DNA of 63,836 nucleotides, filler included, from Acidimicrobiia bacterium (GCA_041577335.1; 4 parts of 4 records of this genome joined end to end with filler, not necessarily neighbours in it); one strand, 5' to 3'; shown: positions 1-9,720, numbered from the whole stretch's first letter. Notes: a model not told the origin generated them from the sequence alone. Numbers and translations are program-made.

Positions 1-97
1 CCTGTAGGGGTCTCACCCGCTTCTGATTGTCGGAAGAGAGAAGGCCGTTCCTGCGTTGCCGGTAGAGTTGGCCCACGAAACGTCACCAGGAGCATCC

Positions 98-1204
98 ATG
101 ACATCAACCGAAACTCTCACCGCGATGCAGCGGCTCGCGGCTGCCGGCCAATCGGTGTGGCTCGATTACATTCGCCGGGACCTCTTGGAGTCGGGCGAGA
201 TGGCCAACATGGTCCGGCTCGGCCTGCGGGGGATGACGTCCAACCCGTCGATTTTCGAAAAGGCCATTGCTGGATCCGATCAGTATGACGACGACATCGC
301 CGAGATCGTGAAGGACGATCCCGGCGCAGACGCCGAGGCGATCTTCTGGCGGCTGGCGATTGCCGACATCCAGGCGGCGGCGGACCTGCTTCGTCCTGTG
401 TACGACGCCCAGCCTGGAGAGGACGGCTTCGTCTCGTTGGAGGTGTCGCCGACGCTCGCCCACGACACCGACGCCACGGTTGCCGAAGCACACCGCCTGT
501 GGGATGCCGTCCAGCGTCCGAATCTGATGATCAAGGTGCCCGCGACACCCGCGGGTATTCCCGCCATCGAGCAGCTCATCGCCGCCGGAATCAACGTCAA
601 CGTGACGCTGATGTTCTCGATGGACCACTATGAGGCCGTAGCTCATGCTTATCTGCGCGGCCTCGAGGCGGCCGACGACCCGTCGACGATTGCTTCGGTG
701 GCGAGCTTCTTCGTGAGCCGGGTCGACACCAAGGTCGACGCGCATCTGGAGCGGATCAACACGCCTGAGGCGCTGGCGCTGCGGGGCACGATCGCCGTCG
801 CCAACTCAAAAGCCACCTACCGCCGCTACCAAGAGCTGTTCGGCGACGAGTTCAGCGCCTTGTGGGGCAAGGGCGCTTTGCCTCAACGCCTCCTGTGGGC
901 GTCGACGTCAACGAAGAACCCCGAGTACTCCGATGTGCTGTACATCGAGGAGCTCATCGGCACCAACACCGTGAACACGGTTCCGCCCGCCACACTCGAG
1001 GCCTTCGAGGACCACGGTGTCGTGAAGGCCGACTCATTGGTTGCCGACGTCGAGGTTGCTTTGGCGCAGCTGGCCGCGCTGGATGCCGTCGGCGTCGACC
1101 TCGATGAGGCCACCGAGGAGCTCCAGTCCGAGGGCGTCGACAGCTTCGCAGCAGCCTTCGCCGACTTGCTGCAGGCGATCGAGGCCAAACGCGCCGAGCT
1201 GTGA
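98..1204 (+). CDS. tal: Transaldolase (type 2, actinobacterial)
   Basis: Motifs [49 protein letters not shown] and [15 protein letters not shown] at 98 follows a CCAGGAG RBS. Confidence 0.95.
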   Translation: MTSTETLTAMQRLAAAGQSVWLDYIRRDLLESGEMANMVRLGLRGMTSNPSIFEKAIAGSDQYDDDIAEIVKDDPGADAEAIFWRLAIADIQAAADLLRPVYDAQPGEDGFVSLEVSPTLAHDTDATVAEAHRLWDAVQRPNLMIKVPATPAGIPAIEQLIAAGINVNVTLMFSMDHYEAVAHAYLRGLEAADDPSTIASVASFFVSRVDTKVDAHLERINTPEALALRGTIAVANSKATYRRYQELFGDEFSALWGKGALPQRLLWASTSTKNPEYSDVLYIEELIGTNTVNTVPPATLEAFEDHGVVKADSLVADVEVALAQLAALDAVGVDLDEATEELQSEGVDSFAAAFADLLQAIEAKRAEL

Positions 1205-1259
1205 CGCCAGGCAGCGCCGAGCAACTCAAACTCAACCTCAGCCACCAGGGGGTAACGCG

Positions 1260-2693
1260 GTGAGGCAGCATCTGTTTGTGATCTTTGGTGCGACCGGCGA
1301 CCTCACGCGGCGCAAGCTCCTACCTGCGTTCTACCGGATGCAGCATTCCGCCCCTGACAAGGACCAATGTCTGGTTCTCGGGGTGGCACGAGAACGAATG
1401 TCGGACGAAGAATTCCGCCTCAGGGCGAGAGAAGCGCTCAGCGAGGCTTTCCCGAATGAAACCGAATTTTTGGACTGGTGTTCTGACTGTCTGGCCTATC
1501 AAAGCCTCGAGGATGGCTACGACGCCCTGGCCGACCGGATCTCCGAACTGGAAGCAGCCCACGATCTCAGCGGGAATCGCATGTTTTATCTGGCACTGCC
1601 GCCCCGCGTGTTCCCATCCGCCATGGACGGGATTCGAGACAGCGGGATGGCCGAAGGGCCGGGCTGGACCCGCGTGATCATCGAGAAGCCATTCGGACGC
1701 GATCTCGAATCGGCCCGTGAGCTCAACGGGCTGATTCACAGTGTGTTCGACGAGTCACAGGTCTATCGCATCGACCACTACCTCGGCAAGGAGACAGTGC
1801 AGAATCTGTTCGTCTTCCGGTTTGCCAACGCTCTCTTCGAGGGAGCGTGGAATCGAGATCGTATCGAGGACGTCCAAATCACCGTTGCCGAAAGCCTCGG
1901 GGTGGAGAAGCGAGCGGGGTACTACAACCAGGCTGGGGCCGTGCGGGACATGCTGCAAAGTCACCTCACCCAATTGGTTGCGTTGGTCGGAATGGAACCG
2001 CCGGTGAAGTTCGACGCCGATGCGATCCGCAACGAGAAAGTGAAGGTTCTCAGCGCCATTCGAGAGATCCAACCTGACGACTTCGTGCTGGGCCAATACT
2101 CAGCCGGCGACGGGATGGCGGGATATCGCGACGAAGCCGGCGTACCGGCCGATTCGAATACCGAGACGGCAGCGGCCGTGCGTCTCTCGGTGGACAACTG
2201 GAGATGGCAGGGCGTTCCGTTCATTCTCAGGACTGGAAAACGCTTTCCCGAGCGGCTGACTCAGATCGTCGTCACCTTCAAAGAACCGCCGGTGAGTTTC
2301 TTTGGGGAGGGGCCCCATGTCAGCCCCAACCAGCTGGTGATCACACTTCAACCCGATGAGGGGTTCCAGCTGCTGTTCGATATCAAGGCGCCGGGAGATG
2401 GGCTCGTCGTCGAGACCCTGCCGTTCGCATTCTCCTATGCAGAGGCGTTCGGTGAGATCCCCGACGCGTATGAGACGTTGATACACGATGTGATCATCGG
2501 GGACCAGACGCTGTTCGTCAGGGCCGATGAGGTGGAGGAGGCATGGCGGATCTACGCGCCCCTACTCGACTCTGGTTTTCCCGTCTATCACTACGAGGCT
2601 GGTTCCTGGGGGCCGGTGCAAGCCGTTGGCATGGCCGGACACCATGGTTGGTTCCAGGAGTCACACCGACGGCATTCCGACACTCCTGCGTGA
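1260..2693 (+). CDS. zwf: Glucose-6-phosphate 1-dehydrogenase
   Basis: IFGATGDL NADP-binding motif, EKPFG, RIDHYLGKE active-site signature and RWQGVPF. GTG start at 1260 is in frame with ORF 1041..2693. Confidence 0.95.
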   Translation: MRQHLFVIFGATGDLTRRKLLPAFYRMQHSAPDKDQCLVLGVARERMSDEEFRLRAREALSEAFPNETEFLDWCSDCLAYQSLEDGYDALADRISELEAAHDLSGNRMFYLALPPRVFPSAMDGIRDSGMAEGPGWTRVIIEKPFGRDLESARELNGLIHSVFDESQVYRIDHYLGKETVQNLFVFRFANALFEGAWNRDRIEDVQITVAESLGVEKRAGYYNQAGAVRDMLQSHLTQLVALVGMEPPVKFDADAIRNEKVKVLSAIREIQPDDFVLGQYSAGDGMAGYRDEAGVPADSNTETAAAVRLSVDNWRWQGVPFILRTGKRFPERLTQIVVTFKEPPVSFFGEGPHVSPNQLVITLQPDEGFQLLFDIKAPGDGLVVETLPFAFSYAEAFGEIPDAYETLIHDVIIGDQTLFVRADEVEEAWRIYAPLLDSGFPVYHYEAGSWGPVQAVGMAGHHGWFQESHRRHSDTPA

Positions 2694-2721
2694 ACTCGGG
2701 CTCGCCCGGGTTGTAACGGTC

Positions 2722-3273
2722 ATGCGCAGATGGCTGGCTGGTTTAGTGCTGCTGCTCGCGGCATGCGGTGGGGGAAACGCGGCGTCGGTGATCGTCGGCG
2801 ACGGCTCGCCTGACTCGACGCTGGCCACGGCCAATCAGGTTGTCCGCCAGGGCGACGACTTCTTCGTACCCGACTGGTCGTTCGGCCTGGCCGACGGCAC
2901 CACTTTTGCGACAGCCGCCATCAGCACCCCCGTGTACGTGATGTTCTGGGCCGAGTGGTGACCGCACTGCCGCCAGGAGTTGCCTGTGCTCGAAGAAATC
3001 TCCACCGACTACGAGGGTGACATAGCGTTTGTGGCGATCGGCGGTTCGAGCGACCGCGGGAAGATCGCCGCTCGCGCTGAGGACTGGATTCCCTCGGGTC
3101 GGATCCAGTGGGGGCTGGACGAAGACCAGGACGTTTGGGCGCTGTTTGGAGCTCGGGGCACGCCCACCACGGTCGTCCTCGGTTCGGATGGGAGGGTGGT
3201 GGCTGCCTGGTCGGGGGCGGCAGGCGCCGAAGGCATGCGGGAAGCGATCGAACTGGGAATCGCCGCGGGGTAG
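2722..3273 (+). CDS. TlpA/thioredoxin-like lipoprotein, probable selenoprotein (UxxC; in-frame TGA at 2959-2961)
   Basis: ORFs 2527..2961 and 2980..3273 are in the same frame. Read-through gives FWAEW-U-PHCRQELPVL and later GTPTTVVLGSDGRV (Trx cis-Pro motif). N-terminal lipobox LLLAAC. Confidence 0.85.
2962..2989 (+). promoter_or_regulatory. Candidate bacterial SECIS element
   Basis: GC-CAGG (2972-2977) / loop AGTTG / CCTG-T-GC (2983-2989). The loop begins 16 nt after the UGA and has G at loop position 2. Confidence 0.55.
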
Positions 3274-3306
3274 GCGCATTCGCCCTCGACCTGGAACAAT
3301 GGTGGG

Positions 3307-4278
3307 GTGATCATTGACTGCGCCGAATACGTCGACGGAGCCCGCACTTCTCAGCCGGAGAGCATCGAGGAGGCCGCCGCTGCGGCGCGCAAAGATGGCT
3401 CCTTTGTGTGGCTCGGGCTGTTCCAACCGTCGGAGACCGAGTTCGAGCAGGTACGGAAACAGTTCGATTTGCACGAATTGGCTGCTGAGGACGCAGTTTC
3501 TGCGCATCAGCGTCCCAAGCTCGAGATCTATGACGACACCCTGCTCATGGTCCTCAAGACGGCCCGATACATCGATGCACGCGAAGAGGTTGAGTTCGGA
3601 GAGATCATCGTCGTGGCCGGACCCGGATTCGTGGTGGTGGTGCGTCACGGAGAGGCCAGCAGTCTGGCGGCCGTCCGCAAGCACCTCGAGCAGCGGGCCG
3701 ACATGCTCCGGCTTGGGCCTTCCGCCGTCCTCCACGCGATCGTCGACCGCGTCGTTGACGACTATGCGCCGGTCCTGACCGGGCTCAGCAAAGATGTGGA
3801 CGAGGTGGAGTCGGAGGTTTTTTCCACGGGCGCCACCAATCCAGCTGAGCGCATCTATTTCCTGAAACGAGAGATCCTCGAGTTCCAGACGGCTACCCGG
3901 TCATTGATGGAACCGCTGGAGCGCCTGATGCGTGGTCGCATTCCGGTCGTCGAGGATGACTTGCGGGAGTACTTCCGTGATGTGCACGATCACACGGTGC
4001 GGCTCAACTCCCAGATCGAACAGCACCGCGACATGCTCACCAGTGTCTTGGAAGCAAATCTCACCCAGGTGGCTGTGCGGCAAAACGAGGACATGCGTCG
4101 GATTTCGGCCTGGGTCGCAATTGCCGTGGTCCCGACTCTGATTGCCGGCATCTTCGGAATGAACTTCTCGCGCATGCCGGGGGCGGCGGAATCCTGGGGT
4201 TTCCCGGTTGCCCTGGCGTTCATGGCGGTCATTGCCCTGGTGCTGTACCGATCGTTCCGCAGCAGCGGGTGGCTCTGA
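3307..4278 (+). CDS. corA: CorA-family magnesium/cobalt transporter
   Basis: HQRPKLE, YFRDVHDH and the GMNF signature between two C-terminal TM helices. Confidence 0.93.
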   Translation: MIIDCAEYVDGARTSQPESIEEAAAAARKDGSFVWLGLFQPSETEFEQVRKQFDLHELAAEDAVSAHQRPKLEIYDDTLLMVLKTARYIDAREEVEFGEIIVVAGPGFVVVVRHGEASSLAAVRKHLEQRADMLRLGPSAVLHAIVDRVVDDYAPVLTGLSKDVDEVESEVFSTGATNPAERIYFLKREILEFQTATRSLMEPLERLMRGRIPVVEDDLREYFRDVHDHTVRLNSQIEQHRDMLTSVLEANLTQVAVRQNEDMRRISAWVAIAVVPTLIAGIFGMNFSRMPGAAESWGFPVALAFMAVIALVLYRSFRSSGWL

Positions 4279-4295
4279 GGCTGGCGCGGGTCGCC

Positions 4296-4335
4296 TTTTA
4301 ATGCCTTGACGGCCGCGATCGCGTTCCGATATGGT
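4296..4335 (+). promoter_or_regulatory. WhiB7-type promoter
   Basis: AT tract TTTTAAT (4296-4302) lies 3 bp upstream of -35 TTGACG (4306-4311); 18-bp spacer; -10 TATGGT (4330-4335). Confidence 0.65.
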
Positions 4336-4383
4336 GAGCAACCGGTCGATCAGCGACCGGAATATGAAAGGCACGTTCGCAAC

Positions 4384-4482
4384 ATGTTGATGAAGAGCCA
4401 CATCCTCACGAGCGCATTCCTCGGTTCGACGCCGACGGTCAATGCTGTGCGCACATGGCGGGCTCTTCACATGGTTACCTGA
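4384..4482 (+). CDS. Putative whiB7 leader peptide (uORF), MLMKSHILTSAFLGSTPTVNAVRTWRALHMVT
   Basis: 32-codon ORF between the promoter and a terminator. Its 3' part (TGGCGG, 4456-4461) is complementary to the terminator 5' arm. Confidence 0.5.
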   Translation: MLMKSHILTSAFLGSTPTVNAVRTWRALHMVT

Positions 4483-4512
4483 CACTCCAGTCTCAACCCA
4501 TCCAGCAGAGAA

Positions 4513-4544
4513 ACCGCCGAAACCCGGCGGTGTTTGGTTTTTCT
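4513..4544 (+). terminator. Intrinsic terminator (attenuator) in the whiB7 leader
   Basis: Hairpin ACCGCCG-AAACC-CGGCGGT followed by GTTTGGTTTTTCT, upstream of the WhiB RBS. Confidence 0.65.
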
Positions 4545-4574
4545 GGCTGCTGGGATACGAGAAAGGAGCAACAA

Positions 4575-4877
4575 ATGGAGATCATGTATGAACAAGGAGC
4601 GTGTGTCGACCTCGGCCTGGCCGATTTGTTCTTCTCCGAGGACGTGAACGACCTGGCAGAAGCTCAACAGATCTGCGGCGGATGCGCCGTTCGCATCGCT
4701 TGCCTCGAATCGGCGCTCGAAGAAGACGCCGAGTGGGGTGTGTGGGGTGGCGTCATCTTCTGGGACGGTGTGCCTTTCTACCGGAGGCGGGGCAGGGGGC
4801 GTCCTCGCAAGGATGAGGCCGCACTGCCTCTGCAAGCCGAGCGCAGCGATCTGTGGCAACTGGTCAAGTCGGCGTGA
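4575..4877 (+). CDS. whiB7: WhiB7/WblC-like Fe-S transcriptional regulator
   Basis: Four Cys (C...CxxC-x5-C), GVWGG turn and C-terminal AT-hook RGRGRPRK. GAAAGGAG RBS. Confidence 0.8.
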   Translation: MEIMYEQGACVDLGLADLFFSEDVNDLAEAQQICGGCAVRIACLESALEEDAEWGVWGGVIFWDGVPFYRRRGRGRPRKDEAALPLQAERSDLWQLVKSA

Positions 4878-4956
4878 TGGCCTATCACACTGCCTCGCCA
4901 CCCGATCCCTGACTGTGCCAGGGTGCCGACCCGGGTTGGCTAGTGGTGACCCACCA

Positions 4957-5892
4957 CTAGAGCGCCATCATTTGGCGCAGGCCGCCCGGGTTGGCGGGAT
5001 GGCGGAGTTTGGCGAGAGCCTTCGCTTCGATCTGGCGGATTCGCTCGCGGGTGAGCTCGAAGTGTTGTCCGACCTCGTCGAGGGTCCGGGGAATGCCGTT
5101 GTCGAGGCCGTAGCGCATCGTCAACACCGTGCGCTCGCGTTCGTTGAGGCGGTCCAGGAACTGCTGGAGATCGGCCTTGCGCATGCCGAGGGCGACCATC
5201 TCGAACGGGGCCACAGCCTCGGTGTCTTCGATGAAATCACCGAGCACCGCGTCATCCTCACCGACCGGTTGGTAGATCGAAACCGGCTCGGGGGCGACCT
5301 TGAGGGCGTCGTTGACTTGCTTGAGCTCGAGGCCGGCGTCGGCGGCGATTTCTTCGGGTGTGGGCTTGCGGTTCAAGGTCTTGTGAAGGCGGTTCTCAGC
5401 GGCCCGGACCTGGGTGAGAGTGTCCATGAGGTGAACTGGTACCCGGATGGTCCGGCTCTTGTCGGCGATGGCCCGGGTGATTGCCTGGCGGATCCACCAG
5501 GTGGCGTATGTGGAGAACTTGAATCCTTTGCGGTACTCGAACTTCTCGACGGCACGGATCAGGCCGAGGTTGCCTTCTTGGATGAGGTCGAGGAGTGGAA
5601 GGCCCGTGCTGTTGTAGCGTTTGGCGATGGAGACGACGAGGCGCAGGTTCGAGTTGATGAACTCCTGGCGAGCCTGTTCGCCACGCCGTTGCACAGCTTC
5701 CAGCTTCTTCTTCTGAGCCGGCGTGACGCCTTGTTCGATGTGGGCTTCTGCTTCCCGGCCCTTTTCGAAGGCCTTGGCCAACCGGACCTCGTCGTCGGCG
5801 GTGAGCAGGTCGAACGTTCCAATACCGTCCAGGTATTGGCGCAGCGCATGGTCGCGGCTGTCTGAATCTTTTGTCGTGCGACGCGACGCCAT
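4957..5892 (-). CDS. RNA polymerase sigma-70 factor, RpoD/SigB-like (regions 1.2-4, no region 1.1)
   Basis: [57 protein letters not shown] and KLRHP. Confidence 0.93.
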   Translation of the reverse strand: MASRRTTKDSDSRDHALRQYLDGIGTFDLLTADDEVRLAKAFEKGREAEAHIEQGVTPAQKKKLEAVQRRGEQARQEFINSNLRLVVSIAKRYNSTGLPLLDLIQEGNLGLIRAVEKFEYRKGFKFSTYATWWIRQAITRAIADKSRTIRVPVHLMDTLTQVRAAENRLHKTLNRKPTPEEIAADAGLELKQVNDALKVAPEPVSIYQPVGEDDAVLGDFIEDTEAVAPFEMVALGMRKADLQQFLDRLNERERTVLTMRYGLDNGIPRTLDEVGQHFELTRERIRQIEAKALAKLRHPANPGGLRQMMAL

Positions 5893-6013
5893 ATCCCAAG
5901 AGCTCCTTGCGGGGGGCGATGGTACCTCCGAGAACGCGAAAATCCGGGTAATGCTCCACGGAGCGTGGCCGGATGGTGGCTAGGAGCGAGACGGGTACAC
6001 TGTCGCCGTTCCC

Positions 6014-6086
6014 GGGCGTTTAGCTCAGTTGGGAGAGCGCTTCCCTTACAAGGAAGAGGTCGGCGGTTCGAGCCCGTCAACGCCCA
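6014..6086 (+). tRNA. tRNA-Val (anticodon TAC)
   Basis: Acceptor stem GGGCGTT/AACGCCC, D arm TAGCTCAGTTGGGAGAGC, anticodon arm CTTCC-CTTACAA-GGAAG, T loop GTTCGAG. CCA is not fully encoded. Confidence 0.95.
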
Positions 6087-6349
6087 CCGGTGAATGCGCT
6101 GCTAAGGCAGGGGATTTCTCGTGTTGCGCCATGCGGTGTTGCCCCGTTGTGTGGCTCTACCCGGCGGGAGCCCCACAGCAGATCGGGCGATGGCCTTATC
6201 CAAGGAGTCTGCCGCAGCTTCGTCCAGTCCTTCGAAAGCAGGCTTTGATCGCGAACGCGTGACGAGGGCCGGCGATTGAGGCGGGTCGCCTCGACCTTTG
6301 CGGGCCATTTCGGTGAACACACCATCTGCCCGAGCGCGGCCCAGGCCAC

Positions 6350-6497
6350 CGCGGGCCTTGTCCCGCTCCTTTTCGATGAGCCAGCGCTCGGCGTCAAGCT
6401 TGCGTCGGAAGGGTCGGGTGGGTTCCCGCCCATCGGGAGCGCGGTAGCGGGCTTGGTACGGCTTGGACCGGCCACCGGCAACCGTTGGGAACCACAC
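6350..6497 (-). pseudogene. Remnant of a tyrosine integrase N-terminal arm-binding region
   Basis: YQARYRAPDGREPTRPFRRKLDAERWLIEKERDKARG resembles actinobacterial phage-integrase N-termini. No catalytic domain follows, and it points toward the tRNA 3' end. Confidence 0.55.
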
Positions 6498-6588
6498 GCC
6501 CAGATCATTTGATCAGACGCCACGACCCGCATCCCCAGTCGAGGCGAACGGCATGTCGACGCTCGGCAGGAGATGTACGATCGACGAT

Positions 6589-7470
6589 ATGAACCTAGAG
6601 TCCGTCGGAGGTGCGCTCGGAGCTCTCGGCATCGACGCGGCGGGTCTCCGCCCCGTGCCCGTCGAAGGGTCACCCGATCTCGTGCTGGCATTCCACGTCG
6701 AATCAGCGTCATGGTTTGCCACGTGGCAGTCGCTACGTGAAGCGGTCGACGAACTCGAACTCTGGCCCCTCGCCACGTGCACCTGGGGCGAGCCGCTAGA
6801 TGAGATAGCTCGTTGGGACATGCAAGGACCCGACGGTCTCGATGTGACGCCATCGGCCATAATCGCCCGGGCGCCTGAGGTCGATGTCGATCGCCTCCTC
6901 GATGCCGAGCGGGCGCGTCAGCGCGAGCAGTGGCTGCCCGGCGACGCCGACCTCGTCGCGATGCTCGATGACGCAGCGATCGACGGCTTTGACCTCGCCC
7001 GACTCCATAGCGAGCTCGGACCCGCTCCGGATCTACTGGGCGTAGAACGGTGGCTGCTCGACATCGAGCTCGCCCGCGGCATACCTCACAACCCCGATCA
7101 CAACGACTGGTACCTGAATTGGTTCGTGCCCGACGACGTGGTGATGCTGTTGCTTCCGACCACCGTCCCGTGGGAGGCCGGTGCCTTTGTCGGTGGGTAC
7201 GAATGGGGCCACCCACACACCGACTTGCGGACGGCGCTCCTGCGCCGCTGGCACGAACGCCACGGTGCCGAGCCTGCCGCCAACTGGGGCACAATGCTCC
7301 AGCTGGTCGTGCGGCATCCGCCCGCGAGGATCGAAGAAGCGTGGACGGTGGCCTACGAGATCAGCCTTATGTGGCCCGACACCGCTGGTGGCGGCAACGG
7401 CGTTGCCACGCGCCGCCACGCCCATGATCTCGTCGCCCGCCGCGACTGGTTCCTCCACTATCGGCCGTGA
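6589..7470 (+). CDS. DUF4253-domain protein
   Basis: C-terminal LRRWHERHGAEPAANWGTMLQLVVRHPP...AYE...W pattern. The start is preceded by a TACGAT -10 (leaderless). Confidence 0.65.
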   Translation: MNLESVGGALGALGIDAAGLRPVPVEGSPDLVLAFHVESASWFATWQSLREAVDELELWPLATCTWGEPLDEIARWDMQGPDGLDVTPSAIIARAPEVDVDRLLDAERARQREQWLPGDADLVAMLDDAAIDGFDLARLHSELGPAPDLLGVERWLLDIELARGIPHNPDHNDWYLNWFVPDDVVMLLLPTTVPWEAGAFVGGYEWGHPHTDLRTALLRRWHERHGAEPAANWGTMLQLVVRHPPARIEEAWTVAYEISLMWPDTAGGGNGVATRRHAHDLVARRDWFLHYRP

Positions 7471-7564
7471 ATTCACCGGAGCAGCCGGAGCACCGACGGG
7501 CTCGCCCGCGTTGATGCGTCGAGGTACCGATGCCCGCCGGCCGAAACGGCCGTAGCCTTGGCGT

Positions 7565-8674
7565 GTGTCGAACGTAACCACTCTCTTTCTGTGCGGCGAT
7601 GTCATGACCGGCCGCGGCATCGACCAGGTGCTGCCTCATCCCGGCGACGGAACCCTGCACGAGCGCCACATGCCATCAGCCGAAGGCTATGTCGAGCTGG
7701 CGGAGATGGTCAATGGGCCGATCCACCGTCCGGTGGCCTTTGAGTACGTGTGGGGTGATGCCCTGGACGAGCTCGGCCGGGTGGGGCCCGACGCCCGGAT
7801 CATCAACCTGGAGACCGCGGTGACCGCCAGCGATGCATGGCTGCCCAAGGGCATCAATTACCGGATGAACCCGGCCAACGTGCCGGTGATCACGGCGGCC
7901 GAGATTGATTGCTGTTTGCTGGGGAACAACCACGTCCTCGACTGGGGCGAGGAGGGCCTGACCGAGACCCTGGACTCACTGACCGCGGCCGGCTTGGCGA
8001 CAGCAGGGGCGGGGCGCACCCTCGTAGAGGCGGAGGCGCCGGCGGTGGTCGAGGCGGGGGAGTGGGGACGCGTGATCGTGTTCTCGGCGGGTACTGCCAG
8101 CAGCGGGATCCCGCCCGAGTGGGCGGCGGCCGAGCAACGCCCGGGCGTCTCGTTTCTGTCGGAGTTGTCGGAGCGGTCGATCCAGGGTGTTGGCGAGGCA
8201 GTGGCCAGGATCAAACGGCCCGGTGACGTCGTGGTGTTCTCCGTCCACTGGGGCGGGAATTGGGGATATGAGATCCCTCGGGAACATCGCGACTTCGCCC
8301 ATGGGTTGATCGACGAGGCCGGCGTCGACCTCGTTCACGGCCATTCATCGCATCACGTGAAGGGGATCGAGGTGTATCGGGGCAAGCTGGTCCTGGATGG
8401 CTGCGGCGATTTCCTCAACGACTACGAGGGGATCATCGGCTATGAGCGGTACCGCGACGATCTCGCGCTGATGTACTTCCCCAGCCTTGACGCATCCAAG
8501 GGTCGGCTGGCTCAACTCGAAATGGTCCCACTCCAGATCAAGCGCTTCCGGCTCCACCACGCCACGACCGAGGACGCTCGGTGGCTGGCGGATGTGCTCA
8601 ACCGCGAAGGCCAGCCGTTCGGCACGGGCGTCGACATGGGAGAAAACGGCAGGCTGCTGCTCCGCTGGGGATGA
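7565..8674 (+). CDS. CapA-family (PGA_cap) metallophosphoesterase
   Basis: GDVMTGR, INLET, GNNHVLDWG, VHWG and HGHSSH motifs. Confidence 0.88.
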   Translation: MSNVTTLFLCGDVMTGRGIDQVLPHPGDGTLHERHMPSAEGYVELAEMVNGPIHRPVAFEYVWGDALDELGRVGPDARIINLETAVTASDAWLPKGINYRMNPANVPVITAAEIDCCLLGNNHVLDWGEEGLTETLDSLTAAGLATAGAGRTLVEAEAPAVVEAGEWGRVIVFSAGTASSGIPPEWAAAEQRPGVSFLSELSERSIQGVGEAVARIKRPGDVVVFSVHWGGNWGYEIPREHRDFAHGLIDEAGVDLVHGHSSHHVKGIEVYRGKLVLDGCGDFLNDYEGIIGYERYRDDLALMYFPSLDASKGRLAQLEMVPLQIKRFRLHHATTEDARWLADVLNREGQPFGTGVDMGENGRLLLRWG

Positions 8675-9265
8675 CCGCCACGGACCAGGTATGCCGAACT
8701 CGGACCGTTCGTATCCGACGTCGGGCATTCGAATATGTTGTCCAGTGTCGCTGCTCGAAACGCCCGGCACCTGGCCGTGCATCGATTCCGAGCCGCGGTA
8801 TGTATCGCCGGAATGGGATAACCGTTCTCGATTTCGATCAACGATCCACCCGGGTTGGCCACCCTCAGGGAGCCGGTGACTCGGCGCCCCTATGCCGGCC
8901 CACCCGCGCTCGCCACCCAGGCGAGCGCCACTGGTCGTCCGGCACGTCCCCCGAAGCAGCGGACGCGGCAATCGAAGTCGCGGGACGCGGCCTTCGAGGC
9001 CGGTGCCGGAAACTAGAGGGGTTGGCTGGGCGGATCCGGCGGCGGCTCGTGTCGATGCTGCCGGGTCCGCCGACCTGACGAGAAGGCGAGATCGCGCCAG
9101 ATCCGAGACTCACCATGAAACACATTCGGCTGAGGGGCCGCTGAAAGCAAGCGAAGCGTGACGCGGACCAGGCTGCCGGATCCTCCCAGAGCTCGGCCCC
9201 GCGATGATCAGCAGCCCGGTCCGGCTTGCGATTCGACCCTTCCACCCGACTCGATCTGGCCGGGG

Positions 9266-9616
9266 CTATAGGAAGGCCAATTCGCCGCCAACGCGGGCCC
9301 AGCGGGCCATGTAATCCTGGACACCTTGGCCGAACGCGCTGAGCTCGTAGCCGAGGTCAGGCACTGCAAATACCGCTTTCGTGTAGAGCTCGCGGAATTC
9401 GTCTGTGCGGACCAAGTCCGAGAGCTTCTCATACTCGCCCGGAATGATCATGAAGCTGTGCCCAGTCGTCCCCATGACGGTGATCGGCTCGCTGCACTTG
9501 CCATCATGAGCTGCCGACCCGAAGAATGCCATGCTCTCGGTGAAAGCTTCGAGAGCGCGCTCCTCTCGGCCCAGTGCGGCTCGTGTATAGGTGAACACAA
9601 TTGCTGAATCCAACAT
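9266..9616 (-). CDS. Hypothetical protein
   Basis: 116-aa ORF with a GGGGGAGG RBS and protein-like composition. Confidence 0.65.
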   Translation of the reverse strand: MLDSAIVFTYTRAALGREERALEAFTESMAFFGSAAHDGKCSEPITVMGTTGHSFMIIPGEYEKLSDLVRTDEFRELYTKAVFAVPDLGYELSAFGQGVQDYMARWARVGGELAFL

Positions 9617-9692
9617 CGATTTGTCACCTCCCCCCGAGTTCGCTGAATCTGCGGTGTGGCCGCAAGAACTCTCGCTCCATTTACATCAATTC

Positions 9693-9720
9693 GGGCCGTT
9701 CGGCCAGAGGCTTAAGTCCC
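9693..9720. promoter_or_regulatory. Tandem DosR/NarL-like boxes
   Basis: GGGCCGTTCGGCCA plus GAGGCTTAAGTCCC (reverse complement GGGACTTAAGCCTC) upstream of the 9616 gene. Confidence 0.35.

Noticed and set aside
2959..2961. Interpretation of the TlpA gene as a nonsense pseudogene or as two genes
   Set aside because: The stop is TGA precisely at the catalytic Cys position, both halves are intact, and a SECIS-like hairpin follows. Sec recoding is the better explanation.
4738..5865. 375-aa ORF antisense to the sigma factor (and similar long shadow ORFs opposite tpl, ctaD, the GS-like gene and the CCC gene)
   Set aside because: These are mirror frames typical of high-GC genes and carry no family motifs.
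8680..9260. Long intergenic region as ncRNA or gene
   Set aside because: The ORFs are low-complexity and I recognised no RNA motif.
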